A stretch of DNA of 64,000 nt, taken from Aureliella sp. (GTDB lineage Bacteria; Planctomycetota; Planctomycetia; Pirellulales; Pirellulaceae). The position numbers were made by a program, and so were the translations under genes. The stretch covers positions 3,264,001 to 3,328,000 of the forward strand of contig OY829846.1 in NCBI GenBank assembly GCA_963691875.1. The letters run 5' to 3'. The notes beneath the pieces were generated by a model. The model was given only the letters and a program-made list of their open reading frames with translations, was not told where the DNA came from and did not search any database. Shown here piece after piece: positions 48,296 to 58,965 of this stretch. Numbering within the stretch: position 1 is the first letter of the stretch; every line of letters starts with the position of its first letter.

Positions 48296-49645
48296 TTAAG
48301 GAGTCGCCGCCAGACTCTTGAGTAGCTTTCGGTCTGGCTTGATCAACAGCTTGGCTGCGCTCGGCAATTCGTGTGCTTCGGCCGGGATTTCATAGCCAGA
48401 TAAGTAATTCCGAAGAGTAGTCCTCCAGTCCTCTGGAAGTTCGCCTTCCACAAATGCAACAGGGCGGGCTCCGAAGGTCCCATCGGGCTTCGGCACCACG
48501 ACGACTTGCTGTAGTTCGAACAAACCAAGCATGGCTCGCTCGATATTTTCCGGGTGAACGTTTTCACCTCCAGATACAAACATGTTGTCAGAACGACCGA
48601 GTACAGTTAGCCTTCCTAGATCGTCCAGAGACCCCAGGTCTCCGGTGTGGAACCAGCCTTCTTCATCCACTATCGAGTGAATCTCTCCGCTTCGGTAATA
48701 GCCTGAGCAAAGTGTGTCTCCGCTGACCAAGATCTCACCATCAGAATTGATACGCAGCTGCCTCCCCGTCAGAACTCTCCCGCTAGTGCTGGATGGATCC
48801 GTCGCCAGCGAAGTGGTGACTTGCGATGCCATTTCGGTAAGACCATAAGTGGTGTGCACATTTACGCCTCGCTCTCGCGCTGCATCGATAAGATTTGGAT
48901 CTATGCTGCTCCCACCCACCAGAATTGACCGAAGGCATCGTTCCGGAAAAGTGTCCTCCTCGAGCAATCGCCTGAGTTGTGTGGTCACGAGCGAAAGGTG
49001 TGTAACTCCCCGGTCGGCTATTAAACCTGCACTTAACTTCTCACCGGTCGGAGTGCCCACAACCGTCGCCCCGCTTACCGCGCAGCGGATGAGGATCGAG
49101 AGTCCACTTACATGGCAAAGCGGCAAGTTCCAGAGCCATCGATCACTGGGTTGCAACGCGATATTCTTCGCTGAGCCTTCAGCACTTGCGATGTGAGCAG
49201 CCAGCGAGTGCACGATCTTCTTTGGAGTCCCAGTGCTGCCCGAACTGAGAATGATTGTTGCGGGTCGGTGAAGATCGATGTCGTTCCATTCTCTGCGAGC
49301 ATCTGATTGCGAAGTTCCGTTGTGATGGCTATTTTCAAGCAAAGTTGGCAGCCACACGGCGTCTATCTTCCGCACCACTTCGTCAAGGAAAGAATCGGGA
49401 AAACGGTGACTGATAGGACATGCGACAAGTTGTTGAGTCAGCAAGCTCCAGAAAGTCAGGAAGCCGTCGTAATCATTCGCGGGGCACCAAGCGACATGTT
49501 GGCCCGCGTCAAGATCAGGCAGGTGCCGGACGACATGATCTTGAAGAGATGCGACCAGTTCACCGTAGGTAATCTGATTCTGACCGTCATCAAATGCGAC
49601 GAACTCTGCAAAATGCTCTGCCGCCGTTTGAATCGGTGGTTTCAT
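48296..49645 (-). CDS. menE: o-succinylbenzoate-CoA ligase
   Basis: SSGSTGTPK, LCHVSGL, YGLTEMASQV, FHTGDLG, SGGENVHPE; men cluster context. Confidence 0.93.
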   Translation of the reverse strand: MKPPIQTAAEHFAEFVAFDDGQNQITYGELVASLQDHVVRHLPDLDAGQHVAWCPANDYDGFLTFWSLLTQQLVACPISHRFPDSFLDEVVRKIDAVWLPTLLENSHHNGTSQSDARREWNDIDLHRPATIILSSGSTGTPKKIVHSLAAHIASAEGSAKNIALQPSDRWLWNLPLCHVSGLSILIRCAVSGATVVGTPTGEKLSAGLIADRGVTHLSLVTTQLRRLLEEDTFPERCLRSILVGGSSIDPNLIDAARERGVNVHTTYGLTEMASQVTTSLATDPSSTSGRVLTGRQLRINSDGEILVSGDTLCSGYYRSGEIHSIVDEEGWFHTGDLGSLDDLGRLTVLGRSDNMFVSGGENVHPENIERAMLGLFELQQVVVVPKPDGTFGARPVAFVEGELPEDWRTTLRNYLSGYEIPAEAHELPSAAKLLIKPDRKLLKSLAATP

Positions 49646-49655
49646 AGCTCTACGC

Positions 49656-50597
49656 CTAGATATAAATTTCGGTGGCGAACTCTTCCAAGGCCGCTGAGTC
49701 AACAATCGGAGCCGAAGTAAACGAGAGTATTCCTTGATGCTTTATCGGCGGTTGACAGAGCAAGTCTGCGGAGAGCCAAGCCAGAGTATCAAGTCCGGCC
49801 GGAGCCGCAGGAGAGAACTCTCGAGCAAGCTGAGCAACTCGCGCAATTCCGATTCCAGACTCGAATGCTGCGCTGAACACAATCGGTTTGCCGGTCGCCG
49901 CCAGTCGCTCCACAGCAGCCCGGCCGCCTAGCAGAGTTGGCTTGCAGATCAGGGCGGTTGCGCTCGGCCATTTATCGAGCGATTGCTCGCGCGCCAAAGT
50001 TTCATCCAATGCGTACTTTATCGCTGTCTGGTTACAGAGTTCTTCGAGTCGCTCGGGTTCTCGCAACGGTTCTTCGATATACTCCAACTTCAAGTCACTC
50101 GTGCGTCTTGCAAAATCAACTGCTGCTTCGAATTCCCATGTTTGATTTGCGTCCAGCCTGACGGAAACAGCTTCAGGCAAGCATTCGCAAACTTGTCGAA
50201 CGATTTCAGCATCTTCGGCCGTGCTACGCTGCCCCACTTTCATTTTCACTGCCTGAGGATTGTCGTCGTGGCAGGCATTTGCTTGAGCTAGCACTTCATC
50301 TCGGTTGCCCAGAAGCAGACTGTTTATCGGCGTCTCCAGGGGTGCCGAAAACGATGTATCCAAAGCTGACAATGCAAACTCAAGGGCTGGTGGCGGAGTG
50401 TTCTTGCCTCTAAGAGCATCGACTACTTCATCGATTGTTTCATGGCTAAAACCAGGTAGTGGTGACGCCTCTGACCACTGCCCTTCTCGCTCGAGCAAGA
50501 CCCCTTCTCGTTCTTCGTAAATCCTTCCCTTCAGCCCAATCCGCTGCTTGAGCGGAATTCGAAAACGATAGGCCTTCACCCCAGTCTGAGCATTCAC
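49656..50597 (-). CDS. menC: o-succinylbenzoate synthase
   Basis: EASPLPGFSHE, KMKVG, RLDANQ, YIEEP, LDE, KPT, GLDT. GTG 50597 overlaps the menA stop (GTGA). Confidence 0.92.
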   Translation of the reverse strand: MNAQTGVKAYRFRIPLKQRIGLKGRIYEEREGVLLEREGQWSEASPLPGFSHETIDEVVDALRGKNTPPPALEFALSALDTSFSAPLETPINSLLLGNRDEVLAQANACHDDNPQAVKMKVGQRSTAEDAEIVRQVCECLPEAVSVRLDANQTWEFEAAVDFARRTSDLKLEYIEEPLREPERLEELCNQTAIKYALDETLAREQSLDKWPSATALICKPTLLGGRAAVERLAATGKPIVFSAAFESGIGIARVAQLAREFSPAAPAGLDTLAWLSADLLCQPPIKHQGILSFTSAPIVDSAALEEFATEIYI

Positions 50598-51472
50598 AAG
50601 AGCAACAGTCCCAGGCAGAACAAAAGAGTGTACAACAAGAGAAGTCCAGCAGTCATTCCAAGGCACGGCCGGAGCTTCAATCCATCGTTGCGCCATACCT
50701 TTGAGATCACTACGACTCCAGGCACGGCGATCAAGCACGCAAGTGCAGTTGCCCAACTCTGTTTGTCTCGTTGAGCGCCTGCAAACCAGATCGGTACGAG
50801 AGCCGCTCCGACGACGCACAGTGTGTATTGGAATCGGCTAAAGGTAGCTCCCAAGCGTACGGCCAAGGTTCTTTTGTTGGCCGTACGATCCTCGTCGATG
50901 TCCCGTAAGTTGTTGACAACAAGTAGCCCGGTTGCGATTAAACCAGGCCCGAGACCGGCGATGACCGAACTGAAACTTAGTTGAAGCGATTGCACGTAAT
51001 GTGTGCCTGCAACAGCGACGGGGCCAAAAAAAACCAGGACGAAAGGATCTGCAATTCCGAGATAAGCCAACGAATAGCGTCCGGCTGTGTAGAGAACACC
51101 GAGCAAGATACTCACCGCGCCGAGCAGCATGAACCCCCAACCGGCTCGGAGCGATACGAGACAAGCGGCCACAGCTGTGACGGAAAACATCATTACCGTC
51201 GCGATCAACATTGCCCGTGGAGAAATCAGTCCAGCTTGCACCGCGCGGGTCGGCCCCTTACGCTCTTCCGTATCTGCGCCCTGAAAAAAATCGCAGTAGT
51301 CGTTGCAAAAATTGGTTCCAACCTGCACTGACATCGCACTCACCAGAGCGCCCAGCATCGCCCATAAATGGAAGCTACCATCATGCAGTGCCAGTGCGGC
51401 TCCAATCGAAACCGGCGAAAGTGCGGCGAGGAGTGTCTTAGGGCGCGCTGCCAATATCCAATCAAAGATCAT
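50594..51472 (-). CDS. menA: 1,4-dihydroxy-2-naphthoate polyprenyltransferase
   Basis: ARPKTL, NDYCDFFQGAD, NNLRDIDED..KRTLAVRLG. Confidence 0.95.
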   Translation of the reverse strand: MIFDWILAARPKTLLAALSPVSIGAALALHDGSFHLWAMLGALVSAMSVQVGTNFCNDYCDFFQGADTEERKGPTRAVQAGLISPRAMLIATVMMFSVTAVAACLVSLRAGWGFMLLGAVSILLGVLYTAGRYSLAYLGIADPFVLVFFGPVAVAGTHYVQSLQLSFSSVIAGLGPGLIATGLLVVNNLRDIDEDRTANKRTLAVRLGATFSRFQYTLCVVGAALVPIWFAGAQRDKQSWATALACLIAVPGVVVISKVWRNDGLKLRPCLGMTAGLLLLYTLLFCLGLLLL

Positions 51473-51530
51473 TGCTTATCTGATACACAACGAGGAATAT
51501 CTAGGTGCTTCGAAACCCTTTGCGATGCAA

Positions 51531-52445
51531 CTAGTAATGATAAGGATAATCGGACCAATCTGGTGGACGCTTCTCCAAGAACGCATCTCGCCCTTCTTTG
51601 GCTTCCTCTGTTCCGTACGCGAGCCGTGTCGCTTCACCGGCGAACAATTGCTGGCCGACGAGTCCGTCATCGGTCAAGTTGAACGCGTACTTGACCATGC
51701 GTTGGGCGGTAGGACTCTTTGCGCAGATCTCAGCAGCCCAGGCCAAAGCCTCGGACTCCAGTTGCTCATGTCTCACGACAGAGTTTACCGCACCTTGCCG
51801 CATTGCTTCGTCTGCAGAATAGGTGCGTCCTAAAAAGAAAATCTCGCGCGCGATCTTTTGACCAACTTGCTTGGCTAAGTAGGCCGAGCCAAAGCCGCCA
51901 TCAAAACTGGCCACATCCGTATCCGTTTGCTTGAACTTTGCGTGTTCCTTGGATGCAATGGTTAGATCGCAAACGACATGGAGACTGTGCCCTCCTCCGA
52001 CCGCCCAACCTGGAACGGCGCAAATGACTACTTTGGGCATCATCCGAATCAACTGTTGGCATTCAAGAATATGCAAGCGACCGCCACGGCTCTTATCGAT
52101 TGCCTGAGAATCGCCCTCCTCGGAATATTGATAGCCGTCCTTGCCGCGCACTCGTTGGTCGCCTCCAGAGCAAAATGCCCAGCCACCATCTTTGGGTGAA
52201 GGACCGTTGCCCGTCAAAATCACCGCACCAACGTCACTTGTTTGCCGCGCGTGATTTAGGGCCGTGTAGAGCTCGTCCACCGTCTGGGGGCGAAACGCAT
52301 TGCGAACTTCAGGTCGATTGAAAGCAATGCGAACAGCGCCAACTTCTCGCGCTCGGTGATAAGTAATGTCCGTAAAGCGGAGCGACTCAACTTCCTCCCA
52401 TCGGGTGGCATCGAAAATCTCTGAAACTTGTTCTGAAGTAGAAAT
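51531..52445 (-). CDS. menB: 1,4-dihydroxy-2-naphthoyl-CoA synthase, probable ATT start
   Basis: TDITYHR..RIAFNRPEVRNAFRPQT lies in frame upstream of the ORF-track start. AFCSGGDQ, GGGHSLHVVCD, SFDGG. Confidence 0.95.
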   Translation of the reverse strand: MSTSEQVSEIFDATRWEEVESLRFTDITYHRAREVGAVRIAFNRPEVRNAFRPQTVDELYTALNHARQTSDVGAVILTGNGPSPKDGGWAFCSGGDQRVRGKDGYQYSEEGDSQAIDKSRGGRLHILECQQLIRMMPKVVICAVPGWAVGGGHSLHVVCDLTIASKEHAKFKQTDTDVASFDGGFGSAYLAKQVGQKIAREIFFLGRTYSADEAMRQGAVNSVVRHEQLESEALAWAAEICAKSPTAQRMVKYAFNLTDDGLVGQQLFAGEATRLAYGTEEAKEGRDAFLEKRPPDWSDYPYHY

Positions 52446-52705
52446 GGGACTTGTTACCTCGGGGAGCGGGAGTGAATTTAGTCTTTCGCGAGCCTATTGC
52501 TCTTAGCAGACGCGGTCAAAAACCGGAAAATCAAAGCATCTGCGGGTGAATATAGTTGCATCGGGGCATAGCGAGGAAACTAACGGCGAATTGGACTCAC
52601 CCGCTCGCGCATCTTGCTTGTACCGTGCGCTATTCTATCGGATTTACTTTTTTGCTTCGTGGGGTCTCAGACGGAAGTTGGAAAGAACAACAAATAGCCG
52701 ATTCC

Positions 52706-53422
52706 CTATGCCAACTGCTCGACGAATCCTTCAATGGCCGAAACTAACGCTTGCGGCTGCTCTCGATGGACGATGTGCCCGCATTCTGGGATGATCTTGC
52801 ACTGCGAAACATGCAGCTCATGCACCATGCGTTTGGCAATTGCGCGGTACTTTTCATCTCGCTCGCCAGCGATGGACAAGGTCGGAAGTTTCAGCTCGGG
52901 CAGACGATCCCAGTAGTTGGGTTGTCGCGACACGGAATTAGCTCGAAGAATCTGCGGCCAACTTGCCCGTTCGAACTTTTGCTTCCGATGGATTTCTGCT
53001 TGCAACACTTCGCTTGGTACGCCGGCAAAGACACTCTGGCGATACCAGAACTCTAAGAATTGTTCGATAGATTCTGTTTCGAGCCGATTGGCAACGCGTT
53101 GGTCGGCAAGCCAACGTGCCCTACATGCTTCAGGCGTCTCCAGCCCCGGATTGCCTGAGATGAATACGAGCCCTGCGAATCGTTCGGCGAAATCCAGGGA
53201 AAGTCCCAAAGCTAAACGCGCTCCCATCGAATAGCCCACGAGAATCGACTCCGATGGAATGGAATGCGCTAAAAGTTGCAAGCTCTCTTGCCAATCTTCA
53301 GCAGGGTATACTTCGGTGGCCTGGGAATCGTATCCTGCCTGCCTAAGCATGTGTCTCACTTCCTCCCAGTCGGACGCATGCCCCATAAAGCCGTGTATGA
53401 AAACTAGTTTTACTCGCGACAC
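52706..53422 (-). CDS. menH: SHCHC synthase (alpha/beta hydrolase)
   Basis: IHGFMG, GYSMGAR, SGNPGL, GERDEKY, GHIVH. Confidence 0.9.
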   Translation of the reverse strand: MSRVKLVFIHGFMGHASDWEEVRHMLRQAGYDSQATEVYPAEDWQESLQLLAHSIPSESILVGYSMGARLALGLSLDFAERFAGLVFISGNPGLETPEACRARWLADQRVANRLETESIEQFLEFWYRQSVFAGVPSEVLQAEIHRKQKFERASWPQILRANSVSRQPNYWDRLPELKLPTLSIAGERDEKYRAIAKRMVHELHVSQCKIIPECGHIVHREQPQALVSAIEGFVEQLA

Positions 53423-55089
53423 TCTTGAATCGCCTTCCCAATTGCTTGCCGTGTTTGCAAGTTTTGTTGACGATCTGTAGCAAGCTCCAGCACAACGGAC
53501 TGACTTTCCATGATGGCCGTCCCGTAAGTCTCCTTCAAGTCTCGCATGTCAGTAATTCTTTGGTATTCGATACCAAAAGTTTCTGCCACACTACCGAACC
53601 GATAATTGTGAGGTGTGGCAAAGAATTGTTCAAAGTGCTTTGACTGTTTTATCGGCAGAATGTCGAAGATGTGCCCGCCTTGGTTGTTGACAACCAAAAC
53701 AATCATCGGCCAGGGAGAAGAGGCAATGAGAGCGAGCGAATTCAAGTCGTGCAACGCGGAAAGATCGCCCAGCAGAACCGTAGTCCGACTCCCAAGGCCT
53801 AGGGCGTAGCCTGTTGCGGTTGCCAGTAGACCGTCAATACCGCTCGCACCGCGATTCGCCGCTACATTTCTAACTTCCGCTGTTCCCGCCAATCCATAGC
53901 GGTCCATATCGCGGATGGGCATGCTGTTTCCAATGAACAACCCTTCGCTTGGCGGACAGTGCTCACTGAGAAAATAAGCTACGGCTGGCTCGCTCAGTGA
54001 GTTCGATGCGGCGAGTACCGATTCAATGGCCGCCTTTCGTTTCGCGTTTGCCTCTTGCCATTTGCTCGAAAACGCATTGGAAGTTGCCGAAGCTTCGATT
54101 CTTGAACTGAGCTCCGTGAAGGGAAACCGATGTCGTGATAACTCGATGCCTGATGGATTGACGACCTGTCCCGTTGAGGTAACGTGAACAAACTTCGTCC
54201 CAGAACTTGCAGCCTCCTTGGTCCATGTGATCCAAGACTTTGAGGTGATTCTATCGCCAAGATGCAAGACCGTATCAGGTTGGGGCAATGCGAATTCCGC
54301 TGGTAACTCAAAACCACAGGCCGAAAGACTGCTAGTTACATCACATAGCATCGGACAATTCAGATGCTTCGCGAGTCTTTGGGCTTCCCGTGCCTCCTGC
54401 GGCTTGCAGTTCCCCAAGGCGATGACCGTATTCCCTTGAAGCTTGATCTTCGCTTCGCAAGCCGCCTGTACCACTACGTGCCTTTCCAACAGTTCGCCCG
54501 CTGGGAAGCATGCCCTCTCTTCCGCTCCTGCTTTACCTAGCCCGTCGGACTCATCATCGATGGTGAAAGGCTCATGAAACATCCAGTTGACGTGTACCGG
54601 CCCGTCCATACTCTTGCTGAACGCAGTATCAAGTTCCTTGAGCAAGTATGCTCGAGCGTCTTTTTTTTCAGAGCCCGAATTGTTGGGTACAGATACGTTG
54701 ACGAAGACTTCGGGGTAGCCTCCAAAGATATTTCGCTGTTCAATCGTCTGATTCGCACCAATCCCGCGAAGTTCATCGGGACGATCCGCCGTGAACAGCA
54801 GTAGGGGCACGCGGTCCATCGACGCTTCGACTACAGCGGGAAGCGCGTTCGCAACAGCGGTGCCCGAAGTGCAAACAAACACACCAGGTAGACCGGTCGC
54901 ACGTGCGTATCCGAGAGCCGCAAACGCAAGGCCTCGCTCATCGAAGTGCTGCGTGACCTGTGCAGATTCGTTGTCGGCAATCGCCAGTGTGAGTGGAGTA
55001 CAGCGTGATCCGGGAGCAACAAAGAAGTGATCGATACTGCGTTTTAAGCAGCTGTCGACCGCGATTTCAGCCCAGATTTTGTCAATCAC
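53410..55089 (-). CDS. menD: SEPHCHC synthase
   Basis: APGSRCTPL, DERG, CTSGTA, TADRP, NSMPIRD, NRGASGIDG, GDLSALHDLN, NNQGG. Confidence 0.96.
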   Translation of the reverse strand: MIDKIWAEIAVDSCLKRSIDHFFVAPGSRCTPLTLAIADNESAQVTQHFDERGLAFAALGYARATGLPGVFVCTSGTAVANALPAVVEASMDRVPLLLFTADRPDELRGIGANQTIEQRNIFGGYPEVFVNVSVPNNSGSEKKDARAYLLKELDTAFSKSMDGPVHVNWMFHEPFTIDDESDGLGKAGAEERACFPAGELLERHVVVQAACEAKIKLQGNTVIALGNCKPQEAREAQRLAKHLNCPMLCDVTSSLSACGFELPAEFALPQPDTVLHLGDRITSKSWITWTKEAASSGTKFVHVTSTGQVVNPSGIELSRHRFPFTELSSRIEASATSNAFSSKWQEANAKRKAAIESVLAASNSLSEPAVAYFLSEHCPPSEGLFIGNSMPIRDMDRYGLAGTAEVRNVAANRGASGIDGLLATATGYALGLGSRTTVLLGDLSALHDLNSLALIASSPWPMIVLVVNNQGGHIFDILPIKQSKHFEQFFATPHNYRFGSVAETFGIEYQRITDMRDLKETYGTAIMESQSVVLELATDRQQNLQTRQAIGKAIQECRE

Positions 55090-55200
55090 TTGAAGAACTT
55101 GCCTAAGTTGTCTCGCTGACTGAGTTTAACCGTCGGCAAAACAATCAAGGTAGACTTTGGAACGCCTTCGGGTTGAGGTGGTGACGCCTCGGAACGAAAC

Positions 55201-56523
55201 TCAAGAGCCAATGATGCTCAAAAAGTCCTGGATCTTATTCTCCACTTCATACCATTCCTGTTCCGGCTCCGAGCCGCGAACGATCCCTGCACCCGAGAAT
55301 AACGACAGTGTATTGCCTTCAACCAACCCGGATCGAATGGCTACTGCGAACTGCGCATTATCGGCCCCGATCCATCCGACTGGAGCAGCGTACCAGCCGC
55401 GATTGTAAGGTTCAATCCGTGAAATTTCTGGCAACGCATTTTCCGTTGGATATCCACCCACGGCAGGTGTCGGATGCAGCCGTGAAAGCAGTTTTCCATC
55501 ATCCACCTCTGCCTTGAGCTCACCATGCACATTGGAACGCAGATGCTGCTTCCGAGCCAGCCGCAAGATGGATGCTTGCGAATCCACATCTAAGTGCTCG
55601 ATAAACTGATGCAGCTTCTGGCGAATGCTCTTTCGAACGATATCGTGCTCTCGCTGGTCCTTGTCACTTGTCAGCAACTCAATCGAGAGCCTTTCATCCT
55701 CTTCAGGCGTCGCGCCTCGCATGCGGGTCCCAGCGACGACTTCACTTTGCAAAAACTTCCCTTCACGGTGAAACAATCGCTCAGGGGTTGCGCCGACGAA
55801 AGTCGTATCGTCTCCGAAGTTGAAGCAAAAAACAAAACAGTCGTGTGTGGCTGCATGCAGGCTGGCTGTCAGAGCAATGGAGTTCAACGGACGCTCGAAT
55901 GTCAATTCAGTCTTCCGCGACAAGACGATCTTCTCGACGACTTCCCTGGCAATTAAAGCGAGCGATTCGTCCACTCGAGACTGCCAGCCATTAAAAGTCG
56001 GTTGGTAACGTTTCGACACCGGAGTAGGAATCGAGCCATCCAATGGCAACTCAGAAATGCTTAACGACCGGAGGTCTTCCCGAGCCAGCTCAACATCCTG
56101 TTGATTCATCACTGCCAGTGTCAGGACTCCACCTGACAAAGTGAGCCTGGGAATGACAAACTTACCAGCACCGAGAGAGCTCCAGCAGTCAGAGCCATCG
56201 AAGGACAAGCCTCCAAAGAACCGAAGCGTCTCCGAGCCCATCAATAGTTCACGGCATCGTCGCAACGCAAATGAAGGATCTTCCTTTGCTCTGACCTCTA
56301 CTTGAGAAGCGACACCAACTCCTGCCAGGACATCGTTCGAACTACGATCTACCCACGCAACTCGCGGAACCGAAGCATTTGAATTCAACCATGGCCAGGC
56401 TTGAAGCTCTGGTACTGAGACCTGAACAGTTGCGGGGAATACTGTGGACGACTTGCCGATGGTGTCAAGCTCTTCCATCATCACTAAAAGTGGAGGTTGC
56501 TCGATTTGGACACTTGACTTCAT
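55201..56523 (-). CDS. menF: Isochorismate synthase
   Basis: KIVLSR, GATPERL, KDQREH, LHPTPAVGG, RGWYA, VAIRSG, GAGIV. Confidence 0.93.
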   Translation of the reverse strand: MKSSVQIEQPPLLVMMEELDTIGKSSTVFPATVQVSVPELQAWPWLNSNASVPRVAWVDRSSNDVLAGVGVASQVEVRAKEDPSFALRRCRELLMGSETLRFFGGLSFDGSDCWSSLGAGKFVIPRLTLSGGVLTLAVMNQQDVELAREDLRSLSISELPLDGSIPTPVSKRYQPTFNGWQSRVDESLALIAREVVEKIVLSRKTELTFERPLNSIALTASLHAATHDCFVFCFNFGDDTTFVGATPERLFHREGKFLQSEVVAGTRMRGATPEEDERLSIELLTSDKDQREHDIVRKSIRQKLHQFIEHLDVDSQASILRLARKQHLRSNVHGELKAEVDDGKLLSRLHPTPAVGGYPTENALPEISRIEPYNRGWYAAPVGWIGADNAQFAVAIRSGLVEGNTLSLFSGAGIVRGSEPEQEWYEVENKIQDFLSIIGS

Positions 56524-56904
56524 GGCTTACTTTATTCTAGTTGTCCCGCATGTAATGCTCAAACAGCACCATTTTGTCGATTTTGCAAAAGTTGAATATG
56601 AGTCCTGCTCAGGCTGTGGCAAGATCAGGACGAACGAGTCGCTGCGAATTCTGCATGATGACCACACGAGCCTCCTTTGCCGCTCTAACTACCGAATCTC
56701 TCGCGCGTCGATTAACCCTGAATAGGGGATTTTGTTGACTTTCGGCGATTGAGGAATGGCGGGATCGGGCTATCCCATAGCTTCAAGCGAAGCCGACGAC
56801 GTTTAGCATAGAATCGGCGAACACCTAGACTCTAGCAATAAAAAACGAGAGTACAGGTCACTCAAAAGAGCGTAGGTGACGGCAATTCAACAACCAGGAA
56901 GGAG

Positions 56905-58965
56905 CTAGAACTGAATCTTGGGGTAGCAACAGCGAGTAATAATGTGCTGGCCGTCAAAGCTGCTCATTACCACAGGCTGACCGACCCCGTTGACCAGCGG
57001 CATTTGATCCTCGAGCAGGAGCTCCCATTGCTCGGGAGTGCGACCAGCCGATTGGATTACAAACACTTGGGCGAGCTCTCGGTAGCCTTGCCGCGAAGTG
57101 ACCCAAATGGTTTTCTGGTCGATGATGGCAAACTCGAGCAGCAGTGTCGTTGAGAAATCCTTGAGAATATTGCGGGGCCTACGGTCATAAGTCGTGACAA
57201 GTGCCGTCGTTTCTGGCCCGATTCCTGCTTTTGCCAAGGCTTTCCAGTCAAACCAGACTTCCACTCCCAATCGAGCACACAACTTGGAGATCGCTTGCTC
57301 GACAGGCTCTTCCTGAACACTGAGCAACTTCGTCTTTTCGTCTAGGAAAACGAGCTTGTCAGATTGCACAAACGGAACAGTAAGATTTTCTAGACGAAAG
57401 TTCGTCAACCCGGGAGTCTTCCCAGACGCAACTCTTAAGTTTTCAATCAAGCGAATGGCACGAAACCAAGTGACGAGATCGATGATCGCCGAGTCATACT
57501 TGAGCGTCGTCCCTTCGACGCCCCAACCTTTCGCCGTGCCAGGGAAGAGCCTACCAAGACTCTGAAGCACTTGCTGGATCTGCTCTGGATTTTCAGCCAA
57601 ATCGGATAAATCCGTACTCTCGGGAAGCTGGCTTTTCAAAGCAGCTTCAGGTGCAGAGAGGAGCAAATGATCGCTCTTGGTTTGCCAAGCGACTTTTGCT
57701 TTTTGAGCCAGAGTGTTCGAGATGTTGGCAACAGAGCTGTTCTGAAATTTTCCAAGGTCCAGTTTGGCGGCAACATCAAGATTTGCCCCCGCAAGGGAAT
57801 TCAAATCGACACGGCTTGGCATACCGCTAAGACGCGTCCACGTGTTGAGCACGGTGGACAATGGTTGCTGAGCGTTAAAGATAACACCTGAAATCGTCTG
57901 TTTCTGCCGTTGTCCCCAGTCAACTGGAGGCAGCGGATCGCGGCCAAATGTTGCCCCAAGCTGCAGATCCTCGGCGGTGACCGGTGCTGGACCGATTTTC
58001 ACATCCCGAGGCAGAGCGGGAGTCCAATCATCGGCCCCGAGTATGCTGTCGGCAATCTGTTGCATCCTGGCGCTTAGCTGCCCGCGAATCCGATCCTCTT
58101 CGTCCTGCTGAGCCTTGATATCTTCTTCGGTCTCGAAAGGACTACTCACATTAAACTTTGGATCACCCAAGCCAATCGCCGCAGGATCTGGCTCTGCACC
58201 GGGGTCTTGCGGCTTAGCAGGATCTTCGGCATCGTCGTCTGGATCGCCATTAGCTCCTGTTGTATTTAATATCGCATCAGGATTCGCAGTTTGCGTACTC
58301 TCGGGATCGGCGGACTCAGTTTCTTGCCCAGTAGGTTCGTTCTCAGGATTGGAATCCGCAGGAGGCTCTGACTCGACAGTTTCAGCGCCTTGCTGAGGCT
58401 GGTCCAGGCCCTGAGCAAGATCCTTGTTAGGATCCTGTGGGTCTGCATTACCTCCGTACCAGCTCAGAAAGGCAATGAATGCGATAACCGCAAGTGCTAC
58501 TCCGCCGACGCCGAGGAAGCCGACGAGTAGATATTGTTTTGATTTTGCACTCGACTCCGAAGACCATTCGTCAGAAGGCAACAATGCCTCCTGGGGCTGC
58601 CAAGAATCAGCCATGGGAGCCGCGGGTGCGTCTTCCATGGGAGCTAATTGAAAGTCATCACTTTCAAAGCCTCCGCCACCTGATAACGCTTCTTCTACAG
58701 ATGACTCAAAGGGGGCTTCGTTCTGCGAACCTTCTCCGCTTGGCAATTGCCCGAGATCTTGCTCCAACCCTTCCTTAGTCATCGCCATCGAGTCGACAGA
58801 GGCAGAGCCAAAGCCAGAGCCAGGTTGCACAGTTACTTGAGGCCGCGCGGTCACCATGACAAGCGAATCGCACTTGGGGCAGTTGACGACTTGGCCGATC
58901 AGCTTTTCGTTTCGTACTCGAATGCGGCTTTGGCATGTCGAGCAAACAATCGTGAACGGTTCCAC
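56905..58965 (-). CDS. Membrane protein with N-terminal zinc ribbon
   Basis: CSTC..CPKC, acidic linker, one TM helix. GTG 58965 follows AAGGGG. Confidence 0.8.
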   Translation of the reverse strand: MEPFTIVCSTCQSRIRVRNEKLIGQVVNCPKCDSLVMVTARPQVTVQPGSGFGSASVDSMAMTKEGLEQDLGQLPSGEGSQNEAPFESSVEEALSGGGGFESDDFQLAPMEDAPAAPMADSWQPQEALLPSDEWSSESSAKSKQYLLVGFLGVGGVALAVIAFIAFLSWYGGNADPQDPNKDLAQGLDQPQQGAETVESEPPADSNPENEPTGQETESADPESTQTANPDAILNTTGANGDPDDDAEDPAKPQDPGAEPDPAAIGLGDPKFNVSSPFETEEDIKAQQDEEDRIRGQLSARMQQIADSILGADDWTPALPRDVKIGPAPVTAEDLQLGATFGRDPLPPVDWGQRQKQTISGVIFNAQQPLSTVLNTWTRLSGMPSRVDLNSLAGANLDVAAKLDLGKFQNSSVANISNTLAQKAKVAWQTKSDHLLLSAPEAALKSQLPESTDLSDLAENPEQIQQVLQSLGRLFPGTAKGWGVEGTTLKYDSAIIDLVTWFRAIRLIENLRVASGKTPGLTNFRLENLTVPFVQSDKLVFLDEKTKLLSVQEEPVEQAISKLCARLGVEVWFDWKALAKAGIGPETTALVTTYDRRPRNILKDFSTTLLLEFAIIDQKTIWVTSRQGYRELAQVFVIQSAGRTPEQWELLLEDQMPLVNGVGQPVVMSSFDGQHIITRCCYPKIQF

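Noticed and set aside
52542..52604. GCGGGTGA..TCACCCGC stem in the menH-menB gap as a riboswitch
   Set aside because: Only an 8-bp closing stem with weak inner pairing and no match to an aptamer I recognise.
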